This document shows positions 1-8,961 of a DNA stretch of 43,354 nucleotides, one piece after another. The stretch's first letter is position 1, and each line of letters begins with the position of its first letter. A program made the position numbers and the translations under genes. Location of the stretch: assembly GCA_903915615.1 (NCBI GenBank), contig CAIWTR010000646.1, positions 1 to 43,354 of the forward strand, read 5' to 3'. The notes under the pieces were generated by a model. The model was not told the DNA's origin. It made no database searches and saw only the letters and a list, made by a program, of their open reading frames with translations. The DNA comes from an uncultured Armatimonadetes bacterium. Lineage in GTDB: Bacteria > Armatimonadota > Armatimonadia > Armatimonadales > Armatimonadaceae.

Positions 1-179
1 CGAATCTTTTCCTGCGGAGCTACGACAGCGATACCAGGTGCAGAGCCCGGAAGCACAGCGCCGTAATCGTGTGCAGCCGACCCAAACGACTTGCCAAACC
101 CAGGTTTAACAACTGTGGTTCCAACGAGGCCTGCGGCTGCGAGCCCAAGAATGTTTCTTCGTGATACGGATGTTTCCAT
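1..179 (-). CDS. N-terminal fragment of a twin-arginine (Tat) signal exported protein; the gene continues beyond the window start
   Basis: My own minus-strand translation from the ATG (complement of 177-179) gives METSVSRRNILGLAAAGLVGTTVVKPGFGKSFGSAAHDYGAVLPGSAPGIAVVAPQEKI..., open to position 1. It has an S-R-R-x-I-L Tat motif followed by a hydrophobic h-region, and an AAGG Shine-Dalgarno-like element about 10 nt upstream. It is absent from the ORF track because it is truncated. The family is unknown; a Gfo/Idh/MocA-like N-terminus is only a guess. Confidence 0.6.
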   Translation of the reverse strand, partial: METSVSRRNILGLAAAGLVGTTVVKPGFGKSFGSAAHDYGAVLPGSAPGIAVVAPQEKI

Positions 180-293
180 TGACTTAGCCTTTCAAAATCC
201 TGTTGGATGCATTTCCAACAACTCCTACATTTGACATCTATGAGATAAAGGTCGATTGCCTCGTTGAGGCGCTCGATCATCTTCATCAAGAGG

Positions 294-1793
294 TTAGTGA
301 TTTAGGTTTGGAGGTCCTTTATAGGTACGCTTTTGGATGGTTACCCAGAGGACCGAGAGTATAGCAATCGTAGCGATTAGAACCATTAAAGCCCACTGAT
401 TTGGCGGTTGTACGCCGAGGTAGAGAATGAACAATAGCAGACCCGCCACAGTTGCCGAAAGGATCTTAAAAGGCACGACGCCAATGCTCCACTTACCTGG
501 TGACGGCCACAATCGACCACCTAGCGCGAGTCCTCCCAGAATTACAGGTATTGCATAGGTTAGGAAGAGGAAGATGACTGTGCACGAAACCACGACAGCG
601 TAGACAGATACACCTTTGATGTTCGTTAAAGTTGCCATTGCCATAAAGACGGACGTAATGGCTGCAGTTGCCCAAATGGCTGCTTCAGGTGCCTTGGTTG
701 ATGGGTTTACAGATGCTAATAACTTACTCAATGGCAAGCCACCATCGCGAGCAAATGCAAATGTCATTCGGCTGGTGCTGGTCACGGTTGCCATTCCACA
801 CAGCATTTGGCACAGGAAAATGGAGATCAATATCGGATACCGAATGATGTCAGGAAGCCGCTTTTCCAGCACCCAGAAGAAGACATTCCAGCCTTGCTGT
901 GCAGCTTCTCGCATGTCAGGAATCGCCAGTACCACTGCAGATAAAATTACCCAACCTGCGAGAAAAGCCCACAAGACGCTCTTCACGATAGCCCGGGGAA
1001 CCGTTGCCGTAGCATTTTTCGTTTCCTCGCTCGTATGTGCACTTCCGTCATAGCCGGTGATCGTGTAGATGGGTAAGAGTAAGCCTAACAAAAATGCCCA
1101 TTCTGAACTAACTTTCGGCCAAACATCACCACCTGCAGGGCCTGTGAAGTTAGTAAATTGCCACAGTCGTTCTATTTGAAGGGGACCAGAAACGACTAAT
1201 AGGGCAATGCTGGCTACACCTGTAGTTACCAGGAGCAGGTAACCCGTCATGTCAGTCAGTTTGCTGGTCAGTCTGATACCACGTGCGTTAATCGCTGCTT
1301 GTCCAAATGTCATCAGCGCTACTGCACTGATAGGAATGTATGGTGAATCTGGAATATTGAGTGTTTTGCCAAAGGCCCCAATAAAGAAGTTCCAAGCGCC
1401 GGCATTGATAGATGCGAGTGCTGTTACTAAGCCGATGACATTCAGCCAGGCGGTTAACCAACCAATGAAGCGATTACCAAGAATCGTAGCCCAGTGGTAT
1501 AGGCCGCCTGCCGTAGGAAACGAGGATGATATCTGAGCAATACCGACTGCAAAGAGTCCTGACAGCATACATCCCAGCGGCCATCCGATTCCGATTCCAG
1601 CCCCTCCGACGCCACTCGTGACTTGGGCAACAGAGTTCACACCGCCGGTGAGAATACTGATGATACTGAATGAAACAGCAAAGTTGGAAAATTGGGAGAG
1701 TCTACGATCAAGCTGTTGTTCATAACCAAGGTCGGCGAGTACGCTTTCCTCGCTCTCGTTCTGTAAGACCTCTGTACGGCTGTCATCTTGCAT
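294..1793 (-). CDS. APC-superfamily amino acid permease (about 12 TM)
   Basis: The 294..1961 ORF is strongly hydrophobic and multi-TM, with an APC-type N-terminal region (LSQFSNFAVSFSIISILTGG). I trimmed the start to the ATG at 1791-1793 (MQDDSRTEVLQNE...) because the longer version overlaps divergent smpB and adds a non-hydrophobic, Pro/Tyr/His-rich N-terminus. Confidence 0.85.
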   Translation of the reverse strand: MQDDSRTEVLQNESEESVLADLGYEQQLDRRLSQFSNFAVSFSIISILTGGVNSVAQVTSGVGGAGIGIGWPLGCMLSGLFAVGIAQISSSFPTAGGLYHWATILGNRFIGWLTAWLNVIGLVTALASINAGAWNFFIGAFGKTLNIPDSPYIPISAVALMTFGQAAINARGIRLTSKLTDMTGYLLLVTTGVASIALLVVSGPLQIERLWQFTNFTGPAGGDVWPKVSSEWAFLLGLLLPIYTITGYDGSAHTSEETKNATATVPRAIVKSVLWAFLAGWVILSAVVLAIPDMREAAQQGWNVFFWVLEKRLPDIIRYPILISIFLCQMLCGMATVTSTSRMTFAFARDGGLPLSKLLASVNPSTKAPEAAIWATAAITSVFMAMATLTNIKGVSVYAVVVSCTVIFLFLTYAIPVILGGLALGGRLWPSPGKWSIGVVPFKILSATVAGLLLFILYLGVQPPNQWALMVLIATIAILSVLWVTIQKRTYKGPPNLNH

Positions 1794-1909
1794 GCACGCA
1801 TAATACACGGCAATACCAACAGGTAGGAGATGTGTGTTGTCACACGGCGTGGTTTCACGCGATGTAATATATAGATAATACGGGTCGTTGTTGTGAGAGG
1901 GTTTGAAGA

Positions 1910-2392
1910 ATGTCAGATAACAAGGCGGTTGGTAAAGATGGTGGCCGCCACGTTGTGGCACAGAACCGACGGGCCCGACACGAATATCACATCGATGATG
2001 TACTTACGGCAGGTATCGTCCTAGTCGGAACCGAGGTCAAATCCCTTAGGGCCGGTAAGGCGACCATGGTAGATGCTTATGCCAAAGTTGAGAATGGTGA
2101 GATCTGGTTGCACAACATGCACATCTCGCCTCATCTCGAGGGTAACCGCTCTAATGTCCCTCCGATTCGCAGTCGAAAACTTTTGTTGAAGCGTGCGCAA
2201 ATTGACCGTCTCCAAGGACTTACGCAGCAAAAGGGTCTAGCGTTAGTGCCTCTGACCATCGTTTTTGAACGCGGCTTTGCCAAGCTTGAGCTCGCGATAG
2301 CGCGGGGTAAGAAGCTTTACGATAAGCGTGAATCGATTAAGGAACGCGATCAGGAACGAGAAGCGCGGCGTGAGGTCTTTGGTCGCGGTTAA
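1910..2392 (+). CDS. smpB: SsrA-binding protein SmpB
   Basis: 160 aa with NRRARHEYHIDDVLTAGIVLVGTEVKSLRAGKATMVDAYA...GEIWLHNMHISPH and a basic C-terminal tail. GAGGG Shine-Dalgarno 8 nt upstream. Confidence 0.95.
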   Translation: MSDNKAVGKDGGRHVVAQNRRARHEYHIDDVLTAGIVLVGTEVKSLRAGKATMVDAYAKVENGEIWLHNMHISPHLEGNRSNVPPIRSRKLLLKRAQIDRLQGLTQQKGLALVPLTIVFERGFAKLELAIARGKKLYDKRESIKERDQEREARREVFGRG

Positions 2393-2501
2393 TCTCGTTC
2401 AGGTGGTCGAAATCCTTTGGGTTTGTAAAAACATACGAGCCGTGCGATTCCTCTCTCGCAGGTCTTAGAATCAGTTCTGGATTCTCTCAACCATAACTAT
2501 G

Positions 2502-2544
2502 AAAAAAGCGCCCATGTCTGAGGACATGAGCGCTTTACTTTTTT
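2502..2544. terminator. Bidirectional intrinsic terminator between convergent smpB and the secretin gene
   Basis: AAAAAA-AGCGCCCATGTC-TGAG-GACATGAGCGCT-TTACTTTTTT. A 12-bp stem with one mismatch, an A-tract on the left and a T-tract on the right. Confidence 0.8.
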
Positions 2545-2557
2545 GGGGAGTCTCCCG

Positions 2558-5224
2558 TTACGGTTTTTCTGGTGTAACGGTCACGCCTTTGACAGGCTTG
2601 TTCGACTCGATTTCCTTCTTGATACGTCCTTGTGATTGAGGAGCCATCTGCTTGACAGTGTCATCACGCAGCTTTGCAGCTTCAACGTTGTCCCTGATAA
2701 TCCGCGGAGTCAGGAAGACCAGAAGCTCTGTCTTACTCTTCGTCTGAACATTGGACTTAAACAGATTGCCAAGGACTGGGATGTCACCGAGGATAGGCAG
2801 CTTGTTCGTAGTTGTCGAAATGCTGTTCTTGATGATTCCACCAATCACAACCGTCTCGCCATCCTTCACAGAAACTGTCGTTTGAGCTTCACGTTGGTTT
2901 ACAACGGGAGCATTGAACTCTGTGTAGCGCACAAAGTCGTTGGCTGTTTGTGTAACATCCATCGTCACGTAGCCATTTTGCGTAATACGCGGTGTTACGG
3001 TGAGAATGATTCCGACATCAAGGAAGGCGTAGTTAAACGTCAGGTTTCCATTGATATTGGTTTGCTGCGACAACACGTATGGAAGCGACTGGCTGATGTT
3101 GATTTCTGCGGTTGAGTTATTGGATGTGAAAATCCGGGGCTTGCTCAGAACTTCAAAGTTAGCATCAGTTTGTACAGCCTGCAGGAATGCACCATATTGG
3201 GTTCCTGTAAGTGTGTAGCGCATACCTTGAGGTTGTGTCGTACGGGCTGCATCACCAAACGATGAAGACCCAGTTCCCTTTGTTGTTACATCTCCAAGCA
3301 CTGACTTCTGGTTGAAGTTCCACTCAACTCCAAGCTTTGCTGTCGCATCAAGGCTTGCCTCAACGATCAGCGTTTCAATCATGACCTGCTGCGGTATTTT
3401 GTCGAGCTGATCGACGATGCTCTGAAGCAACGCCTTGTTCGCAGGGGATGTGACGATGATCACGCTGTTCGTGTTGACATCGGGGATCGCCGTGACCTGC
3501 CCTTGAAGGTTACGGGTAGCTACAACGCGACCATTCTCATCAACGGTTGTTTGAACCCCAGATGTTGATGCTCCATTACGGTTGCCACCTTGTCCAAAGT
3601 TCTGACCACCACCGCCGCCGAATAGACCAAACAGACCGCCTTGCTGTACAGAAACGCTGGTAGCAAGCTCACCTGCATCGGCATCCGGGTCCGCCATTGA
3701 GAGGGCCATTGCATCTGCACTTGGTCCTGAACGTCCACCGCCACCGGCGCCGCCAGCACCACCAGCTCCGGCTGCGCCGGTTCTGCCTTGCGCACCCGTG
3801 GTACGGGCATTCGTCGTGCCGCCCTGGGTTCGTCCACCAAAGCTCTGATTGATGAGGTTAGCAATTGCATCTGCGCGCGCATTGTCCAGTGAGACGACAA
3901 AAGTACTGTTCGAGACAGTGATCTCTTTGTCAAGTTCCTTAATAACCCGCTCGACGATCATCAGGTTTTCCGTGGTCGTTGTAACAACAACTGAGTTCGT
4001 TCTCGTTTCAGCGACAACACTTCCACCTTGCTGACGTGCGTTGTTACCGCCTCCGAAACCACCAAACCCACCACCAAAGCCACCGAATCCACCGCCACCT
4101 GTGGCACCGGTCGTCTGTCCACCACGACCACGTACAGCATTGCTTTGCAGAACATTCTGGAGAACCGAAACAAGGTCAGTCGCTGTCGCAAACTCAAGTC
4201 GGAAGACACGGCTCGCTTGTGGCTGATCTGTCTGGCGATCGATCTCATCGATCAACTTCGAGACTTGCTCCTGCTCTTTAGCAGGGGCGTTGATAATCAC
4301 TGAGTTGGAGTAGTCATCCGCGGATGCACGGACAACGGTGTTACCACCACCACGTCCGAAACCACCGAAGCCACCCAAACCGCCCATTCCGCCGAAGCCA
4401 GTGGTGCCAGCACCACCACGTCCGAACTGGAATGGATTGAATCCACCGCCGCCTCCAAAACCACCGCGTTGAGGGTCAGGAGCTGCGATTACAGGATCTG
4501 GTTCTGCACTTGGTCCACGTCCAGGAGTTGCAGGTGCTGCTCCTCCGGGAACGGTAATGGTTGTCGATTGACCAGCACCGCCCATGCCACCAAGCATTGA
4601 CATGATGCCGCCGAGTGGGTCTTGGCCAGAGTTCTGGAAGACTTCGTTGACAATACGGGCGACCTGCGTTGCATTCGAAAACTTCAGCTGGTAGGTCTTG
4701 ATTTGCGACGTCGATCCGCCTAAACGGGAGAGATCAAAGCCACCCATGCCGGTCGCCGCTGCGCCGGTATCACCGCCAGTTGCACCGCCGCCAAATCCGG
4801 AAAAACCACCAAAGCCGCCACGGGTGTTACCACCCCGGTTTGATTGAGGCTTAGCTTTGACGACAAGGAAATTGCCATCTTTCTTGATCTCAAAGTTCCG
4901 AAGGCCGAGTGCTGAATTCAGCATCGCGAAAGCATCTTTGAGATTCTGTGGCTTTGGGCTCTGAATCGACAGCCCTCCAACGAGAGCTGGGTCCTTGAGA
5001 ATGGCCACACCGCTGGCATCCGAGAAGACTTTGAGGACCGCATCCACACTGGCATTCCGAAAATCAAGCTTGACCGTGGTCTTTGCATTCAGCTTGAAGT
5101 TCTCCCAAGGCTGCTTTGTTGCACCCATGTCTGCGAAATAGTCAACCTGCGCATTGGCGATGGTCGGAACGAAAACACCTAACGCAACAAGCGATGCTAA
5201 ACGGCTAATGTGCTTCATATTCAT
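2558..5224 (-). CDS. gspD: Type II secretion system secretin (GspD family) with Gly-rich low-complexity inserts
   Basis: Signal peptide MNMKHISRLASLVALGVFVPTIANA/Q. Several N-domain-like blocks are present. The C-terminal secretin domain reads LSKPRIFTSNNSTAEINISQ...VGIILTVTPRITQNGYVTMDV...DGETVVIGGIIKN...LPILGDIPVLGNLFKS...TELLVFLTPRII. ATGA overlap with the upstream gene at 5221-5224. Confidence 0.92.
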   Translation of the reverse strand: MNMKHISRLASLVALGVFVPTIANAQVDYFADMGATKQPWENFKLNAKTTVKLDFRNASVDAVLKVFSDASGVAILKDPALVGGLSIQSPKPQNLKDAFAMLNSALGLRNFEIKKDGNFLVVKAKPQSNRGGNTRGGFGGFSGFGGGATGGDTGAAATGMGGFDLSRLGGSTSQIKTYQLKFSNATQVARIVNEVFQNSGQDPLGGIMSMLGGMGGAGQSTTITVPGGAAPATPGRGPSAEPDPVIAAPDPQRGGFGGGGGFNPFQFGRGGAGTTGFGGMGGLGGFGGFGRGGGNTVVRASADDYSNSVIINAPAKEQEQVSKLIDEIDRQTDQPQASRVFRLEFATATDLVSVLQNVLQSNAVRGRGGQTTGATGGGGFGGFGGGFGGFGGGNNARQQGGSVVAETRTNSVVVTTTTENLMIVERVIKELDKEITVSNSTFVVSLDNARADAIANLINQSFGGRTQGGTTNARTTGAQGRTGAAGAGGAGGAGGGGRSGPSADAMALSMADPDADAGELATSVSVQQGGLFGLFGGGGGQNFGQGGNRNGASTSGVQTTVDENGRVVATRNLQGQVTAIPDVNTNSVIIVTSPANKALLQSIVDQLDKIPQQVMIETLIVEASLDATAKLGVEWNFNQKSVLGDVTTKGTGSSSFGDAARTTQPQGMRYTLTGTQYGAFLQAVQTDANFEVLSKPRIFTSNNSTAEINISQSLPYVLSQQTNINGNLTFNYAFLDVGIILTVTPRITQNGYVTMDVTQTANDFVRYTEFNAPVVNQREAQTTVSVKDGETVVIGGIIKNSISTTTNKLPILGDIPVLGNLFKSNVQTKSKTELLVFLTPRIIRDNVEAAKLRDDTVKQMAPQSQGRIKKEIESNKPVKGVTVTPEKP

Positions 5225-5850
5225 TGATTTCCTTGATTGCGATTTCGTCGTCGCTGGTTGTTATTCGCATTTCCTAAATCGGTTGCTGGGGCAGATGACT
5301 GCATATCTGCCGGAGTACTTAGTGTTACAGACGGCTGAGGGGCGGTATTTGTTCGTACTGGTTCAGGCTCGACAACTGTCGGGTCCACAAACCTTAACTT
5401 CTCACGCTTGCCATCGGTGCCCTCAATCGTTACATCCAAGTCACTAATCGCCCGAACGATGTAGCCATCGAATGTCTGACCTAATCTAAGCGATGCAAGA
5501 TCACCATTCGAGCTCTCGACCGTCGCCTGACGCTGGCCATTTACAATGGATATACCCGTCAAACGCCATCCACCGCTACCAAATCCACTGTCATCCCCAG
5601 CACCCCGCGTTGTCGTCGTTCGAGCAACTAAGGGGCGAAACAAATCGCGTCCGGATGGGGCAACTGCTGCGAACTTAAGCTCGTAATCCTCCGGCAATAT
5701 CCCAGCAATACCCTCGGTTTGCCTTAGCGCCGACTTTTTCACGGTTGGCTTTTTTACTACGGCAGCAGGTTCCGTATACAAATACACACCAGCGCCAATC
5801 GCTGCCGCAACGGCAATATAGATAACTGGCCGGCTTACTTTAAGTTTCAT
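5221..5850 (-). CDS. GspC/XpsN/PilP-like T2SS inner-membrane component (HR-type beta domain, no PDZ)
   Basis: N-terminal TM (VIYIAVAAAIGAGVYLY). An HR/PilP-like block follows (WRLTGISIVNGQRQATVESSNGDLASLRLGQTFDGYIVRAISDLDVTIE). It sits immediately upstream of the secretin, with ATGA overlaps on both sides. Confidence 0.6.
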   Translation of the reverse strand: MKLKVSRPVIYIAVAAAIGAGVYLYTEPAAVVKKPTVKKSALRQTEGIAGILPEDYELKFAAVAPSGRDLFRPLVARTTTTRGAGDDSGFGSGGWRLTGISIVNGQRQATVESSNGDLASLRLGQTFDGYIVRAISDLDVTIEGTDGKREKLRFVDPTVVEPEPVRTNTAPQPSVTLSTPADMQSSAPATDLGNANNNQRRRNRNQGNQ

Positions 5851-6422
5851 TTTTTGCCGGTCTCCCTCGTTGTTGTCGGTTTGGTAGTCTTTATCGCAAC
5901 ATCCGGAGCTTGGTATCCCACCACAACAATGTTGGCGGAGACCATCGATACACCCGCTGAATCCTGCGGTGATAGCTGAATGGACCGGACTACAAACCGT
6001 GATTTTGGGTTATCCATGCTACGAATCGCACTGACCACAGACTGCGATGGACCTGTGAGCTGAATCGCAAATGCACGCTCATCGACAATTCCCAGCTTTG
6101 CTGTACGCTGGGGGCGCACCGATGTCAGCTCTAGCTGATATTGCTTTGCCGTAACCAAGGCGATTCGCATCAGCTCTGATGTCACCGAGTCGGCATCCCC
6201 GGCGAGCAAACGTTGTTTGTTCACCTTTGCGGCTGCATCCTTAGATGACTCAAGCCGCTTGATATCTTCATCGATGTTATCCAGCAAAATGGTTCTGCTA
6301 CGTGCAATCCCCTTGGCAGAGCGCGCGGGCACGAACACCGCATACCCAACCGTTAGGAACATCGTGGCAATACTGATACCCATGACGATGTTGGGTGTTT
6401 TAGGAGACAGACCACTTGTCAT
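5847..6422 (-). CDS. GspM/PilO-like T2SS assembly-platform protein
   Basis: 191 aa with a single N-terminal TM (IVMGISIATMFLTVGYAVFV), then a coiled region and an alpha/beta domain. It lies between the GspL-like and GspC-like genes, with 4-nt overlaps. Confidence 0.6.
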   Translation of the reverse strand: MTSGLSPKTPNIVMGISIATMFLTVGYAVFVPARSAKGIARSRTILLDNIDEDIKRLESSKDAAAKVNKQRLLAGDADSVTSELMRIALVTAKQYQLELTSVRPQRTAKLGIVDERAFAIQLTGPSQSVVSAIRSMDNPKSRFVVRSIQLSPQDSAGVSMVSANIVVVGYQAPDVAIKTTKPTTTRETGKK

Positions 6423-7705
6423 GATTTATCCGAGCCCTTCGATGTGCTGGCAGCCTTCTTCGCTTTCTGAGGTTTTGGAAGGGGAACATTCGCAACAGCC
6501 GTCACGTTCATCGTAAAGTTCACCACTTCTGTTTGTTCGATTTTGGCTGTCGATGCATTTACCAGCTGAACATCACGAAACCGCTCGGACCCGCCAAGTG
6601 TGTTCACAAATTGTGTAACCGCTTCGTTTGTCAACGCTGTGCCACGAATCTGTATTGGACGACCGCGGTCCATATTTACGCCGCTAAGCCATACAGTCTG
6701 TGGCGCCGCGACGGTGATGGTAGCCAGCGCATCAGATAAACGTTGCCCAGGTTCAAACGCAGGGTCTAGAAGGTTTGTGAAGTCTGTCTGCTTCTTGCTT
6801 TCGAGCTCGGCTATTTTCCGATTACTCCGAGCCTTGGAAACACGCTTGGCCCACTTTGCTTCGCCATTGACAACAACCTGCTCTTCGTCAAAGCGCTGCG
6901 TTAGCACAACCGCAAGCAACAACACCGCTGCAATCAGGAAATAAATCGAAAGGCGATTATTCTTCTTCGTAACAGCCGCGAGTTCTTTGCCTTGCTCTTG
7001 GCGCGAAATAAGATCATGGCCAGACACATCTGCAAGCGATGACAACAAGTCCGTTGATAAAACCTGTGCACCGGGAAACGCAACATTCGATGTGGTGAAA
7101 ACCTGAGCCGTTGATTGACCATCTGCGAGCAATGTCCGCTTCGCTTCAATCTCCGCAGACTCTGCATGTAGGACGGAGCGGGACAACACAGTGTCGCCTC
7201 CCGCTACAAGATCAAATGTCGTCTGACTTCCGTTTCCATCGACAACGAGGCCGTCTGCGACACCAATGGATGCAAGCGCTGCGGCAGCAGAAACTCCAAT
7301 TGGAACAAAACGTACCTGCTTGATTCCCTTGGAAGCGAGCTGCTCGCGGATATCAATCAAGTCGGATGTACGCACAGCTGCGACGACCGTGAGGACACCA
7401 TCTGCGTTTACATCTGATGTCTGATGCGCACAAAATGCAGCATCGACTTCCTCGATAGGGAAGAGGGACTTCCATTGGACGAAGACCAGCTGACGAAGGT
7501 CATCACCGCCAACCTTTGGAAGCCGGACTGTTTTTAGGAACGTTCGCTCACGCCCGATTCCAACAATGGCTGATTTTCCTGATGCGTTTATGCTTACGGA
7601 TGCGAAGTCAGCTCCAACAGATTTTTGTCCGGAGGATAGCTCCATTACAGCCACTTGACTGGGGGACCAGGAGAAAACAATATCGGGCTTTACTTGGCGC
7701 TTCAT
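6419..7705 (-). CDS. GspL-like (PilM-PilN fusion-type) T2SS assembly-platform protein
   Basis: A cytoplasmic actin-like N-terminal part, a central TM (LSIYFLIAAVLLLAVVL) and a periplasmic PilN-like C-terminal part. I chose the ATG at 7703-7705 (MKRQVKPDIV...) because it forms an ATGA overlap with the gspK stop. The ORF track start at 7762 is an alternative. Confidence 0.65.
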   Translation of the reverse strand: MKRQVKPDIVFSWSPSQVAVMELSSGQKSVGADFASVSINASGKSAIVGIGRERTFLKTVRLPKVGGDDLRQLVFVQWKSLFPIEEVDAAFCAHQTSDVNADGVLTVVAAVRTSDLIDIREQLASKGIKQVRFVPIGVSAAAALASIGVADGLVVDGNGSQTTFDLVAGGDTVLSRSVLHAESAEIEAKRTLLADGQSTAQVFTTSNVAFPGAQVLSTDLLSSLADVSGHDLISRQEQGKELAAVTKKNNRLSIYFLIAAVLLLAVVLTQRFDEEQVVVNGEAKWAKRVSKARSNRKIAELESKKQTDFTNLLDPAFEPGQRLSDALATITVAAPQTVWLSGVNMDRGRPIQIRGTALTNEAVTQFVNTLGGSERFRDVQLVNASTAKIEQTEVVNFTMNVTAVANVPLPKPQKAKKAASTSKGSDKS

Positions 7706-8961
7706 GGAGTCTGTCCTAACACTTGCGTGGTAACCGTTGGCTCTGACGTCCATTGCCACCACTCTGGCGCGGAATATGACGCAGGGAATCGCTCAAGGTT
7801 CACTATCTGCGGGGTTCCGTTCGTGATACGGACCGTCGCTTCGATCGCTACCGACTGCTGTCCAGCCGTTCCCAAGGCTCGAATAATGAATGTATCGCTA
7901 CCCACCGTAAAGTAATCGGCAATTTGCGAGAGAACACCATTGGTCACATTTGGAAATGTAGCCAAGTCTCCAAGATTGGATATGCCGGATGACTGTCTCG
8001 ATATGATTTCGCTCACAATCTCAGCCGTCATGTCGGGAAGAAGTTCCAGCACACCTTGCTGTGCAGTGTTCAGGTTTATCTTTCCAGTAAGACGTGTATC
8101 AGCTGTAAAACCAACTGAGTTCAAGATGATATTCGCTTGAGATGTTCCAAGTGCGTTCTGTTGAAACAGGGTTCTAAAGTTTTCCCACGGAGCATTTCGC
8201 TGCAAGTTGGTTGCCGTACCGCGGTCAAGTCCGAGCTGTGTCAACCCATTGATGTTCGTAATCTGCTGGTTTACATTAACCCGTTGATTGCCATTCCCCT
8301 GCGTATTTGATGAACCTGGGTCAAGGGTAATCAGAGAGCGCAACGGGAGTGTACGCGTTCCTGCTGTGTTTCCCTGCGGAGAATCTATACCAGCCGAACC
8401 CGTTGCATCATTTGGAGCTCCATAAAGCGTCGAAGGCGTCCAGCCGTTGATAAGCAGCAACTCAGAGAGCGTCCGAAGGGGCCGGCTTGATTTCTGGTAA
8501 GGCGTTGTCAACTGTGTGTAGACCGCGTTATCTGCTCCGTTTGGCCGCGTGGATGTCGCAGGGTCCTTCCAATCAAGCAACGAATCAGACTGCTCCGATG
8601 TCAATGAAAGATTCAACAATATGTCACTTGTGGATGTATTGATGTCAATGAGCGAACCGGCATCGATGATCTGGAACCGAAACGTTGCATTTCCAAGGTC
8701 AAACTGTTCATCTCCCTGCTGACCTGCCAGGTACCAATCATCGTTCATTGTCACAAGGTTGGTGTTTACAGAGGTAAGGGATGCAAGGGCTTGGTTAAGG
8801 CCTGCCCTGGATGCCGCCTCGGCACGCATGAGCTGCATTTTTCCAATCAGGATGTTGGATGTCTGACGATGGTTGGCTGCAACAACCGCAACAATTGCTA
8901 CGAGTGCGGTAACGACAATTAGCACCTGAAGAAGGACTGCTCCGCGATTGCTGTGTCTCAC
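7702..8961 (-). CDS. gspK: T2SS minor pseudopilin GspK
   Basis: N-terminus MRHSNRGAVLLQVLIVVTALVAIVA has a prepilin-like hydrophobic segment with no Glu at +5, as is typical of GspK. Two helix-hairpin-helix-like blocks are present (IDINTSTSDILLNL..., INLNTAQQGVLELLPDMTAEIVSEIISRQ). GTG start overlaps the upstream stop (GTGA). Confidence 0.8.
   Translation of the reverse strand: MRHSNRGAVLLQVLIVVTALVAIVAVVAANHRQTSNILIGKMQLMRAEAASRAGLNQALASLTSVNTNLVTMNDDWYLAGQQGDEQFDLGNATFRFQIIDAGSLIDINTSTSDILLNLSLTSEQSDSLLDWKDPATSTRPNGADNAVYTQLTTPYQKSSRPLRTLSELLLINGWTPSTLYGAPNDATGSAGIDSPQGNTAGTRTLPLRSLITLDPGSSNTQGNGNQRVNVNQQITNINGLTQLGLDRGTATNLQRNAPWENFRTLFQQNALGTSQANIILNSVGFTADTRLTGKINLNTAQQGVLELLPDMTAEIVSEIISRQSSGISNLGDLATFPNVTNGVLSQIADYFTVGSDTFIIRALGTAGQQSVAIEATVRITNGTPQIVNLERFPASYSAPEWWQWTSEPTVTTQVLGQTP

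Noticed and set aside
1794-1961. The 56-codon N-terminal extension of the amino-acid permease ORF.
   Set aside because: It would overlap the divergent smpB start by about 50 nt. It encodes a Pro/Tyr/His-rich sequence unlike APC N-termini. The ATG at 1793 gives a normal cytoplasmic N-terminus.
2393-2557. I looked for a tmRNA (ssrA) gene next to smpB.
   Set aside because: The spacer is only 165 nt. It has no tRNA-like acceptor/T-arm or tag reading frame, and it is accounted for by a bidirectional terminator.
3520-4303. Several plus- and minus-strand ORFs inside the secretin gene (for example 4041..4226, PPKPPNPPPKPPNPPPP) and an apparent short-period DNA repeat (CCACCGAAxCCACC).
   Set aside because: These are frame or strand shadows of the Gly-rich coding repeats (GGN codons read as CCN on the other strand). 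The secretin frame is continuous and explains them. The region is not a CRISPR array or a non-coding satellite.
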